Assembly (NCBI RefSeq): GCF_023055435.1
Contig: NW_025964223.1
Span: forward strand, 44,702,001 to 44,766,000
Direction of reading: 5' to 3'
DNA: 64,000 bases
DNA from: Haliotis rufescens
Lineage: Eukaryota
Below are positions 27,301 to 39,400 of this stretch, piece after piece; positions within the stretch are counted from its first letter, which is position 1, and each line of letters opens with the position of its first letter. The notes under the pieces are model-generated. The model saw nothing but the letters and a program-made list of their open reading frames with translations, had not been told where the DNA came from and made no database searches. The position numbers were made by a program, and so were the translations under genes.

Positions 27301-28819
27301 CGCATCTGCGATTGAGACAAGTTTGGCAGAGTGACGAGAAACGTTTTATGCTTCGCCGTGCGGATGGTAGACGTCGTGTTAACATACGTCTCGGAACGTT
27401 CTGCGAGAAGCTGCATACAGGAAGTGGACAGATTTGGTGGTGGTAGTGTGATGATGGGGGCAGCAATCTCTTAGACGTGTAGAGCAGACTTGGTACAAGT
27501 GCTGGGGAATTTAACGGCACAACGTTACACGGATGAGATTCTTCGGCCACCCGTCCTTCCCGTTATCCAACGCCCGTCCTCACACGGCAAGACTGACAAC
27601 AGGAATCACAGGGGCGGTCGGGTAGCCTAGTGGTTAAAGCATTCGCTCGTCACGCCGAAGACCCGGGTTCGATTCCCGACATGGGTACAGTGTGTGAAGC
27701 CCATTTCTGGTGTCCCCCGCCGTGATATTGCTGGAATATTGATAAAAGCGGCGTAAAACCATACTCACTCACTCAGGAATCACAACATCCAGATCCCGCC
27801 ATGGCCCTCCGGGTCTCAAGATAAATGTAACATGTATGGGATGCACTGGATCAACGACTGCGAGCACGTCAGCAAAAATCACAGAACAGTGTGCCACCCC
27901 AACAGTTGGCACAAGCACTGCAGTCATTTTCCAGGCCACAATTCGGGATCTGATTGCTTCCATGGGACGACGATGCCAGCCAGTTTAGGACTTTAATGGT
28001 GGCCATACAAGATATTGAGAAGAGATGACCTTCACCTTGAAAATCTACTGTAAAGTTCTATATGAGCCATATGGAACCTGGGTCAATGGCAATGATGAGT
28101 GCAAATTTTGAACAATCGATTACCATCTGCTTAATATTCATATGTGATATCAAATATTCATCTAAAATAAGTTTGCGTTTCTATTTTTGCAGAGTTTATT
28201 TTACGTTGTTATGACACTTCCCAATTATTATATCAAGGACTGACTGCAATTTCAAGTGCAATTTCCTTTGCGAAAACAGTTATGATAACTTGTTTCAACA
28301 TGATAGTACATATTCTTTACACGGTTATTTTTTAATGCACACGCAGATATTGGTGCTGATATGACGACATGGATAGGTGGCAATGACATGGAGATAGAGG
28401 GAATATGGAAATGGTCCCCGAGTGGAGAACGTGTGACATACACTGACTGGGGATCCGGGGAGCCAAATGGTTGTGTAACCTGTGGAGACTGTATGATCAT
28501 TTGGCCCAATTACAACTACAAATGGGGTGATCTACCGTGCCACACACAAGAAAGGTTCATCTGCGAAAAACAGTATGTTTTATTGCTGATATTACCCGTA
28601 ATGAGTTTGGTGCTCAAGTAAACTATACTGTTATCATGAAGCGATGCAATCAGTTGCTTCCTCGACTGCCTTTTAAGCATCGTAAACTTCATTTATATAT
28701 TACTATAATTGTTCACGGCTACAAACATTACCAATTGCAAGACTTCATTTCACTGTGTTAGATTCTTGCATAGCATTCCTTTACTTTTCAGGATTACTGA
28801 CGGAGGCCTTGTTGGATAA
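24351..28819 (+). CDS. Secreted perlucin-like C-type lectin, copy A3 (about 159 aa, EPN/WGD)
   Basis: Exons 24351-24399 (MLVFIFLLLLQIVQIEG), 25434-25519 (DRCPDAW), 26451-26541, 28347-28572 (EPNGCVTCGDC..WGDLPC..FICEK), 28792-28819 (QITDGGLVG*). Intron 3 is enlarged by a Tc1 insertion but its splice sites are intact. Confidence 0.9.
26583..28194 (+). mobile_element. Degenerate Tc1-like DNA transposon in A3 intron 3
   Basis: TIRs ctctgcacaaaacgaaacgcaa / ttgcgtttctatttttgcagag with TA at 26581; transposase remnants (RSGRPRIST.AQDR, DE.RF.L..DGR.RV, FGGGSVM.G, GNLTAQRY.DEILRP, ARPHTARL). Empty site present in A1 and A2. Confidence 0.85.
27611..27773 (+). mobile_element. tRNA-derived SINE nested in the Tc1 element
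   Basis: Near-identical to 10496-10661; 11-bp TSD caggaatcaca (27600-27610 / 27774-27784). Confidence 0.9.
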
Positions 28820-28984
28820 TCACCATGGTGATATATTCAACAGGCGGGACATAAAATGTTCTCATATTAAAGTGTAAAACCTGGCAAATTGATTCTTTTG
28901 AGAGACAATTGACATCCGATATAGATAAGAGACCGCATTTTCACTCAGATGTTGTAACAGTGAACCTGGATGGATTCTACTAGC

Positions 28985-31900
28985 TGTATGTAATCACACG
29001 GTGTCAGTATACAACGTAGCTGTATGTAATGGTACATGGGCATGTAATGGTACATGGACACACGCAGTGTCAGTATACAACGTAACTGAATATGATCGTA
29101 CATGGACACACACGGTGTAAGTATCCAACGTAGCTGCATATAATGGTACATTGACACAAGCGTAGTCAGTTTTGGACACAAGGTGTCAGTATACAAAGTA
29201 GCTGTATATAATGATTGTGGACACATGGTGTCAGTATTCAACGCAGCTGCACATTATGGTACATGGACACAAAGGGCGTCAGTACACAACGTAGCTGTAT
29301 ATAATGGTACATGGACACACATGGTCTCAGTACACAACGCAGCTGTATATAATGGTACATGGACACACATGGTCTCAGTACACAACGCAGCTGTATATAA
29401 TGGTACATGGACACACACGGTGTCAGTATACAACGTAGATGTATATGATAGTACATGGACACACGGGGTGTCAATATACAACGTAGCTGTCGGTTATGGT
29501 ACATTGACACACACGGTATCAGTGTAGAACGTAGCTGTCTATAATGGTACAATGACACACACGGTGTCAGTATACAATGTAGATGTATATGATGGTACAT
29601 GGTCACACACGGTGTCGGTATAAAACGTAGCTGCAAATAATGGTACATGGACACACACGGTGTCAGTATACAATGTAGATGTATATAATGGTATATGGAC
29701 ACACACATGGTGTCAGTATAAAACGTAGCTGCTTTTAATGGTACATGGACACACACGGTGTTAGTATAAAACGTAGCTGCATTTAATGGTACATGGACAC
29801 ACACGGTGTCAGTATAAAACGTAGCTGCATTCAATGGTACATGGACACACACGGTGTCAGTATACAACGTAGCTGTCTATAATGGTACATGGACACACAT
29901 GGTGTCAGTATAAATCGTAGCTGCATATAATGGTACATGGACACACACACGGTGTTAGTATACAATGTAGCTGCATATAATGGTACATGGACACACACGG
30001 TGTCAGTATACAACATAGATCCATATAATGGTACATCGACACACACACGATGTCAGTATACAACATAGATGCACATAATGGTACATGGACACACACGGTG
30101 TCAGTATAAAACGTAGCTGCATATAATGGTACATGGACACACACGGTGTTAGTATACAATGTAGCTGCATATAATGGTACATGGACACACACGGTGTCAG
30201 TATACAACGTAGCTGCATATAATGGTACATGGACAGACACAGTGTCAATATACAACGTAGCTGTATATAATGGTACATGGACACACACGGTGTCAGTATA
30301 CAACGTAGCTGCATATAATGGTACATGGACACACACGGTGTCAGTATAAAACGTAGCTGTATATAATGGTACATGGACACACACACGGTGTTAGTATAAA
30401 ACGTAGCTGCATTTAATGGTACATGGACACACACGGTGTCAGTATACAACGTAGCTGCATATAATGGTACATGGACACACACGGTGTCAGTATAAAACGT
30501 AGCTGTATATAATGGTACATGGACACACACACGGTGTTAGTATAAAACGTAGCTGCATTTAAGGGTACATGGACACACACGGTGTCAGTATACAACGTAG
30601 CTTCATATAATGGTGCATGGACACACCCGGTGTCAGTATATAACGTAGCTGCATATAATGATACATGGACAGACACATGGTGTCAGTTTACAACGTAGAT
30701 GCATATAATGGTACATGGACACACACACGATGTCAGTATACAACGTAGCTGTCTATAATGGTACATGGACAGACACAGTGTCAATATACAACGTAGCTGT
30801 ATATAATGGTACATGGACACACACGGTGTCAGTATAAAACGTAGCTGCATATAATGGTACATGGACACACACGGTGTCAGTATAAAACGTAGCTGCATTT
30901 AATGGTACATGGACACACACGGTGTCAGTATACAACGTAGCTGCATATAATGGTGCATGGACACACCCGGTGTCAGTATATAACGTAGCTGCATATAATG
31001 ATACATGGACAGACACATGGTGTCAGTTTACAACGTAGATGCATATAATGGTACATGGACACACACACGATGTCAGTATACAACGTAGCTGTCTATAATG
31101 GTACATGGATACACACGGTGTCAGTATAAAACGTAGCTGCATATAATGGTACATGGACACACACGGTGTCAGTATAAAACGTAGCTGCATATAATCGTAC
31201 ATGGACACACACGCTGTCAGTATACAACTTATCTGCGTATAATGGTACATGGACACACACGGTGTCAGTATAAAACGTAGCTGCATTTAATGGTACATGG
31301 ACACACACGGTGTCAGTATACAACTTATCTGCGTATAATGGTACATGGACACACACGGTGTCAGTATAAAACGTAGCTGTATATAATGGTACATGGACAC
31401 ACACGGTGTCAGTATAAAACGTAGCTGCATTTAATGGTACATGGACACACGCGGTGTCAGTATACAACTTATCTGCGTATTATGGTACATGGACACACAC
31501 GGTGTCAGTATAAAACGTAGCTGCTTTTAATGGTACATGGACACACACCGTGTCAGTATACAACGTAGCTGTCTATAATGGTAAATGGACACACACGGTG
31601 TCAGTATAAAACGTAGCTGCATATAATGGTACATGGACAGACACGGTGTCAATATAGATGCATATACATGGACACACATGGTGTCAGTATAAAACATATA
31701 TGTATATATCGGTACATGTACACACAGGTTGTTAGTATATACAGCACAGCTGTTTAAATTGGTAATTATACACAAAGGTTGCCAGTATACAATGGAGCTG
31801 TATTTAATGTAGGGAACACGCAGGATGTTAGTAACTATAGAAATCATCTCTAAATAGCGGTACATGTACAGTGTGTCCGAAAACAGTGTAACTGCATACA

Positions 31901-32330
31901 GTGATGTATTTACAGTACAGCACATTGTAGTATAAATCGATATGTATACCCACCTGATGTAACCTAGTGCAGAAAATTCATAGTTGGATATATTCGTACA
32001 TGTCCGCACAGGCTGTCAATATACATCGTAGTCATATATATTGGTACGTGTACACATAGTGTCTCAGTGTCCAGGTATATATAGTGATACATGTACGCAC
32101 ACTGGGTGTTAGTATGAAAATGATAGTTGTATATATTGATACATGTACACACAGTGTGTCGTATACAACGTAGCTATGAATAGTGGTACACACGCAGGTT
32201 GTCAGCTAAGAACCTAGCAGTATATATTGGTACATGTACATCCAGGATGTCCGTATACAACGTAGTTATATATAGCGGTAAATGTGCATCCGCAGGTTGT
32301 CAACATGTGACATAGCTGTATATATATACG
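28985..32330. repeat. 48-bp minisatellite array (about 70 units)
   Basis: Unit aatggtacatggacacacacggtgtcagtatacaacgtagctgcatat; homogeneous in the middle, decayed toward 32330; homologous to the 22.2-23.85 kb array. Confidence 0.95.
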
Positions 32331-32635
32331 TGGACACTTGCGGGGTCAGAAAAGAACATAGGAGGATGAGCATGCGCCAGAATAGTATTTCGCTGAATGA
32401 GTACTCGGTCAAAATCGTCTAACACCTGTATAATTATCAAATGATGTAGGGCAAAAATAACACACACAAAGATGTAATGCTTATTCTACCCTAATCTATA
32501 ACACGTCATATATTGGTTTTGAAGAAACACAAAGGTGTAACTACAAATATCCAACGAAATTCAACTTTGTTCAATAAAATATAAGAGGAACTTAATGACA
32601 GACACAAGACATTTTTATTATGATTAACACAAATA

Positions 32636-33265
32636 CTGTAAAACGTGAAATTAATGCGTCTCCAAAATAATGCGACCGCTGGCCCCTAGCCAAAAATGCG
32701 ACTCAATATGAATGCGACACCCCCTCCTCTCAAGCATCATTGGATTTATATCTGAACAAAATGTCCTCTGTCAGGTTTACAGGAGAATCCTCACCTCAAT
32801 CCAACCTTACATTAATACAATCACACACCAAATAGCACCGCTTAATGGTGCTGAGTAAAGTACTACAGCTAAAACAATGCGTGCGCGCTGGCTCGTGTCG
32901 GCCTTTGATGCAGTCGCGAAGAGCAAGGACACCGTGTTGGGTGGCGTTTGTTTGGTCATGCAGGTGTGATCAGTGATGACATTAGTGAGTAGAGCGCTTG
33001 TCTTGACCCAAGCAGTGACAATTCACAGGACGTAATTCGTGTTTGAATGACCATTGTTTATATACATGTACTTGTTACAAGTGCTGCTCAATAAACATTG
33101 ATGTGGAATACATAGTTTTTTTGTTTTCAGCGTATGTCTAAGTTGGTATTTCTGCTATCCAAAATGTCTTATCGTTGATATAAATGCGATGTTTAATAAT
33201 GCGAGCAAAGACCACTCGCATTTTTCGCATTTAATTCACGCTCGCGTTAATTTCACGTTTTACAG
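32636..33265. mobile_element. MITE (Tc1/mariner/pogo-type, non-autonomous)
   Basis: 23-bp TIRs ctgtaaaacgtgaaattaatgcg / cgcgttaatttcacgttttacag flanked by TA on both sides; no ORF. Confidence 0.85.
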
Positions 33266-33480
33266 TAGTTATACAACCGTATGATAAAGCCGGCGTACTT
33301 GAGAGCACCTACCGTTGAATATACATAACCAGTCAAGCGTGGTGATTGGTAAAAACAATTAGGGTAGGGATGAGGGTGGGGGTTATGGTGGGGTCACCTC
33401 ACTTAATATAGTGGGTGGGCCACTCGGGCATAATCGCAACATAAGATGCACTTTACATGCGCACGCTCACCAAGGTAACA

Positions 33481-34970
33481 TGTCTGCGGTTTCTAAAATA
33501 CTATCTTTCCACAAATATTGAATGTTTACTGAAATAAGAAATTGCCAGAATACAATTTCGAATTGACAGAAACCCTAAACATTGATTTCTAATTAACTTC
33601 TTTGAGAGACAATTAGAAATTGGATAACTAAGTAAAGATAAGATGTATGGATGAACAAGTTATTTGTTACAATTAGGAGCAACGTTTCGGTGGAGGTTCT
33701 AACACTTACTTGATAGCGATTTTAGAACCTACACCGAAACGGCGCTCTTAATTGTAATAAAGGTGTTGTTCGTCAATACATCTTATCCTTACTTGATTCC
33801 TAAGTATTTGAAGCAGTGTGTCAATAATTCACTGCCACTAACTAGTATCTCACAGAGTTGTATCTTTGTCGATATTCATATTTTCTCTTGTAATATTAGA
33901 TCTAAAAGCAATGGCATTCTCAATTTAGATTATTTCAAACGTTTAAACCTGAGTAAATTGCATTAAACATTCCTTTGAAATGAAATGACACACGTTGTTT
34001 CCACATACATGTAGCTGTGTGTCTTCCGTATTCGTACCGAGTAGCATTCAACTTTGACACATAACATGACAAAACCGATGACCATAAGCGCCTATTCAAA
34101 ATTATTTATTGACATAATTTACATGTAATTTCAAGTCTGAATGCTCGAGTAATTTATGGTTAATTTAAAGTCTTAATGCCAGAAACTCGCCATGATCTCG
34201 TGACCAGGAGATTATGAACTTTAAAAGACACGTAACTCTAGGAATTTAATCTATGCTGATTACGTGAGTAGTGTCGGGAATGGCAGATACGCTGTATTCA
34301 TTAACCCGAGAATAACTTTATGCTCTTTTGCTTCATAATAATATTGTTTGACTGAAATGAGCTGACTGTCACGGCAGTATCCTTATTATTACCAAATCAA
34401 AATACCAATTTGTATACACCTGTGTGACATTCATTTAATTGTAACATACCCTTTGATACAGACATTCAGAAGTTGGGAGTAAATGAAGACATGAAACATT
34501 TATGGATAACAACTTCTTATTGTAAATAACGAGGTTTCACCTGTCTGCGGTTTCTAAAATACTATCTTTCCACAAATATTGAATGTTTACTGATATAAGA
34601 AGTTGCCAGAATACAATTTCGAATTGACAGAAACCCTGAAAATTGATTTCTAATTAACTTCTTTGAGAGACATTTAGAAATTGGATAACTAAGTAAAGAT
34701 AAGATGTATGGATGAACAAGTTATTTGTTACAATTAGGAGCGTTTCGGTGGAGGTTCTAACACTTACTTCATAGCGATTGTAGAACCTACACCGAAACGG
34801 CGCTCCTAATTGTAATAAAGGCGTTGTTCGTCAATACATCTTATCCTTACTTGATTCCTAAGTATTTGAAGCAGGGTGTCAATAATTCACTGCCACTAAC
34901 TAGTATCTCACAGAGTTGTATCTTTGTCGATATTCATATTTTCTCTTGTAATTCTAGATCTTAAAGCAAT
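33481..34970. repeat. About 430-bp direct duplication (33481-33912 and 34542-34970) containing a ~165-bp foldback
   Basis: The two segments are near-identical; each holds an inverted repeat (33630-33794 in copy 1). Confidence 0.9.
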
Positions 34971-35799
34971 CATTACATAATCAGTTTACTCAATGATTAC
35001 TCTGAGGAAGTGACTAATTTTCTACCATTTAGGAACCCGTGACTCCTTCAGATATTCCCTCTTCAACAAAATGGACCTTTACTAATGCCAGCAGGCCAAT
35101 GTTTAAATACAATCCAACATATTAAAACCTGATCTGTTTATTGAAGTTGCTGACCCTTTACAGTTCTTTTCTTATGAACAAAGCAAAACATGGGATACGT
35201 ATCTAAGTCCTCTACAAAACATAACCGAAACGGATGGTTCAACAAATATTGCAAACAAGCTAGGACGGCAAGGGGAAAGGGTGAAAACTATTTCCGTCAC
35301 CATCCTATCATATGTAATTTAAATGAATGATTCAAACTGTATTAAACGTTAGGGTCTTAACCTCGCTTCCACCATCCTAAGAATGCGATTGAATTATTCA
35401 CGGATAAATTGGATATTTCAAAAACACTTGCCTAAACATTGGCAAAACATTCTTTCTAAGCAGAGGAGGACCAAGAAAACCTTTGAGGAAAGAATTGCTT
35501 AGAAGATATTCAGTAGCAGATGACCGTTATACAGGGACCCTGGGGGCAGAAGAGGGCCAAGAACACCACAGGAGGCAATGATTGCCAATAAGATATTCAG
35601 GGGCAATTGACTATCACAAGTTGTTGTGTTGTTGTTGAACGACGCACTTTGCAATATTTCAGCTATGTGATGGCGGTCTGCAAATAATCGTGCCTGGACG
35701 AGGTGCTTGAAAACCTGTGTTTGGATGGATCGTGACAGAACCGTTGAACGTTATTAATAGAGAGCAACAACATTTGCTACTGGTTATTGCACAGCTGAA

Positions 35800-36460
35800 T
35801 GCACTTATGTCCCTTCACTGTCAAAGACGTCGTTTGACGAACGAAGAATTAGGCAGATGCAGATGCATTAGACATATGCTCCAAACTGGGTCAACACAAC
35901 GCAACGTTGCAAACGTCTTTGATGTCAGACAAAGTGTTCCGCATGGCATGGAATCGAGATCAGACGTTTGGTGCAGTCACCAACATGCAGGTTTCGACAG
36001 CATTCCAATGAAGCCGAATATGACTGCTATTGAGAAAGCTCAATCATGACCTGGGGTGGGATCAGTGGAGCTGGAAGAATTGTTGTCCTACAGCGGGGCA
36101 TTATGACAGGTATGCACTACAGGGATGACATTTTGGGTGTGTACGTGAGGCCGAATGCAGGGGCAATCGGACCGAACTTCATCCTCATGGACGATAGCGC
36201 ACGACCTCATCGTGCCAGGGTCGTTAATGTCTATTTAGAGCAGAGGACTTTTGTCCGCATAGTTTGGCCAGCCAGGTTTCTCGGCCCCAACCCTATCGAA
36301 GTCATGTGGAACGAGCTGCTGCAAGTACTGGAAAATACTGGAACACCTCAATGAGCTCACTGAAGAGTGGAACAATCTGCCCTTGACAACCATCCAGGCA
36401 CTTATTTGGAGCATGAGACGGCCGTGCCAGGCTGTGATAGCATCACATACGCTCTACTGA
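35800..36460 (+). mobile_element. Tc1-like transposase remnant, internally deleted
   Basis: RRRLTNEELGR..ML..G.TQRNVA..F, then WGGIS..GR, YRDDIL..YVRP.AGAIGPNFILMDDSARPHRARVV, WPA...PNPIE.MW. Confidence 0.8.
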
Positions 36461-37239
36461 TAGTAGTTTCTTTTATTGGGACATTGAATTTGTTTCCGTG
36501 ATGTTTTGACGTTTCAGTTTTAGTGAGATACTCTCAGTTTGACGGGAGATCGGACTGATTATTGGTCACATGTTGTTCCCTGGCATTGTCTGCAACACGA
36601 AAACTGACTTTTGTTCATTAAACGTGTTTCTATTATCAGATACCACACTTATGGTATTCAAGTACGTTGTAATGCGCAAATGAGAATACCTACTTTTCAC
36701 GAAAATGCATCGTAATTTACGCACTCTTGACTAACTTCATCAAAGTATCCCAATCCCAACGCTCATGTTCATGTATTTGTTGTATTTTCGCACATAACAT
36801 CAACTCAGAGGAGAACAGTCTTTTTGAAGGTTACGGAAAGAGGGGAGTGGTGACGAATCATGTATATTAATGAGAAATGTTAAAGACCTCGTTATGTTTT
36901 ACCATAGCGAAGAGGAACATTTATTTCTTTAGAATAGTTATCAAAGTGAGACAAAAGAAGTATGTTGATATTTCCAAACGATACATAGCAATTATGGATA
37001 CTTGAAAATAATGAAAGGGGGTGTTTAACTTGTTTCCAAGTGTATATGATTCAAGTGTAATCGTATGTCAATATTTGAGGTAAAGTATTAAAGCAAAATA
37101 GATTGATGAGGTGTGCTACCAAAGTCCTGACTCGTGTTGTAATAATAGGCTCTTTATATTGCGCATATTTCCACACCACTCAATACAACAATGTGACAAT
37201 CTTATTGTCTTTTTAAATGTAATGATTGTATTTATAGAG

Positions 37240-37359
37240 AATACAACACTCATTCTCGTTAGATACCATTTTTACGAAACTAGTAGACTTTCTATGGAAT
37301 CTGACTGAGCGAAAGCGAGTTTCGTAAACATGGTATCTAACGAGAATGAGTGTGGTATT
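37240..37359. mobile_element. Foldback/hairpin element core
   Basis: About 42-bp inverted arms acactcattctcgttagataccat.tttacgaaact / agtttcgtaaacatggtatctaacgagaatgagtgt around a gagcgaaagcgag-containing loop. Confidence 0.7.
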
Positions 37360-38445
37360 TTATTTATTACCCACGTTAAATATATAGGTATAAGTGTAAA
37401 TACATAACAACTTTCGTTCGTTGACAGACCAAACTGAAACCGTTTGCGAAATCTGGTTGCGCATGAATATTGATATATGACCAAATATGCACATTGTTGA
37501 CATTTCTATGCAATCGCATTAACAACATGCGCCTGCAGATGTGTTTGCAAACATAACAGCACTGACGCTCAAGATCCTTTTGGAAGAATTTCTTCAAATT
37601 ATGGTAATTCAAGCGCCATGTTGTTAGTATGCAGGACACCTATAAGGAAATTTGAAAAGTCACATTAGCGCCGCGCTTTGATCATGAATATCGGACCAAC
37701 AGTCGGTCCCTCGCACTGCCGGTGTCCTGGCTGTACAATGAAAGTCGTTCGGTTTCCTTGATCTATCAGCTGAATTTTTATCATGTCCGTACCATTTTGG
37801 AAGAGGGAAATCAGAGTGTTCGCCAAAGACATTCATGTTAACTGTACCACCCTATACTGAAGACGTGAAAATCAACTAACTCAAGTCTGCTTGCATGCCA
37901 GTGACAGCTTCGAACGAAGGGCAAGGTCACCACCGGAATAAGAAAGGACAACCGTGATCTACTAACAGCGTTTTACGCTAGAGATAGGCAATGTTATTGT
38001 TCACATTTGGGATATTTTAGGCCACATAATCAGTAATCAGGCACACTTCTACGGGGGTTTCGAATAATTTGTATCGGAAATGTTCACTTTGCGTGATCTT
38101 GTAGTGCAGTCGTGAACAAACAAATCCCAAAACAGTGCCACAAAATACGTTTCGAAGGGGACACTGATGGCACAACCGGATCATCCCAAGGGAGTTTAGA
38201 TATCTGTCCAGATAGTATAAACTGACTTCATTTCACCACGCTTATCCTTTTACGATAAATCAAACTGAAAGCTGCGAAAGTGGTCGGGTGCGCCATGCTC
38301 ATGGGGATCTATTGGTCGGTAGTCGTACATTGTAAATGGATTATATAACTCGATTATATAATGTCTGTAGAAGCTCTTTGCATAACCTATATAGAATGCA
38401 AACCGAATTTGATCCGTGTAACTATCTTGTTTGGTTTAATAAAGT

Positions 38446-38998
38446 GTTTACGGCACAACGATACATCAACGAAATTCTCCTACCACACGTCCTCCCAATT
38501 CCAACCAACGGCAACGGTGTACTCCAGCATGACAACGCTCGACCATATACAGCACGGATCACAAGAGCTTGTCTACACAACAACAATGTTGATGTTCTTC
38601 CCTGGCCATCCAGATCCCCGGATTTGAACCCGATAGAGAACCTGTGGGATGGATTGGATAGACGGCTACGCCAACGTCAACCTAAACCCCAGACGTTGCA
38701 GCAGTTGGCTTTTGCGTTGCAGGTCGAGTGGGCTACCATTCTCCAGGATGTGATTTGCATACTCGTCTCTTCCATGGGCAAGAGATGTCAGGTTGCTATT
38801 GATTCCAACGGGGGACATACGCGTTATTGATGGTAGCTGACCTTCACCTTGGACTTTTACTATGTACAGATAACTAAGATGACACCATCACCAAGTGTTC
38901 TCTCCACAACATCTTGGCTCAATAACTTGTACGGTTCCTCGAATAAATGTATTTCCATACCTCACACGAATCTGGCTTTACGTTTCTTTTTTGAAGAG
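38446..38998 (+). mobile_element. 3' half of a Tc1-like element (C-terminal part of a DD34E transposase)
   Basis: TAQRYINEIL.PHVLP...LQHDNARPYTARIT...VLPWPSRSPDLNPIENLWD...GGHTRY*; right TIR ttacgtttcttttttgaagag followed by TA. Confidence 0.85.
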
Positions 38999-39154
38999 TA
39001 TATTATGAGTGGCAATAAAACGTGTGTCATATTCATTCTTTAATCTGAATAACGCCTTGGTGCTAGATTTCTGCACTCTTTTCATGATCAAGTGTATGGA
39101 TTACATAGTACATAATCTTTTAATATCTGCCATAAAATTAATCAGTAGCAGATT

Positions 39155-39400
39155 GTGATGATACCAAGTGATCGTGTCCTGTCCCACCTATGGCATCAAT
39201 CACAAACACATGAAAAACTACCACAAAAGGTGGACAAAAGAGGGAATTGCATCAGATATTATTTTTGCAAACGGTTCGAGCGTCAAATGTGGAAATGTCC
39301 TCCAATGTTCTAGCATATTTTTTAAAGCTTTCCTGTGGCCTCGGATGTTGTATTACTGGTGAAACAACTTTTGAGCAAGCGCCGCATGACGTTCTTCGTA
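39155..39400 (-). mobile_element. Penelope-like element 3' fragment
   Basis: Reverse complement matches 7950-8235 (RT C-terminus PQ.SF.K...H.E..S.FDA and 3' end). Similar pieces at 3478-3575(-), 24885-25145(-), 54520-54630(+), 59165-59270(+). Confidence 0.65.

Noticed and set aside
1984-28819. One multi-CTLD protein, or assigning the name perlucin itself
   Set aside because: Each unit has its own signal exon and stop exon, and the motifs differ from perlucin's QPD/WND, so only perlucin-like is justified.
28945-32152. ORFs with 16-aa repeats (HVPLYAATLYTDTVCV etc.)
   Set aside because: Artefacts of the 48-bp satellite; frequent CA slippage breaks the frames.
28985-32330. CRISPR-like regular repeat arrays (also 45.7-47.3 kb and 49-51.2 kb)
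   Set aside because: No unique spacers, no cas genes, eukaryotic context; ordinary head-to-tail tandem repeats.
38336-38830. 164-aa ORF as a host gene or active transposase (also 57798-58370)
   Set aside because: Only fragments of Tc1 transposases: N-terminus missing or frameshifted, catalytic triad not in one frame.
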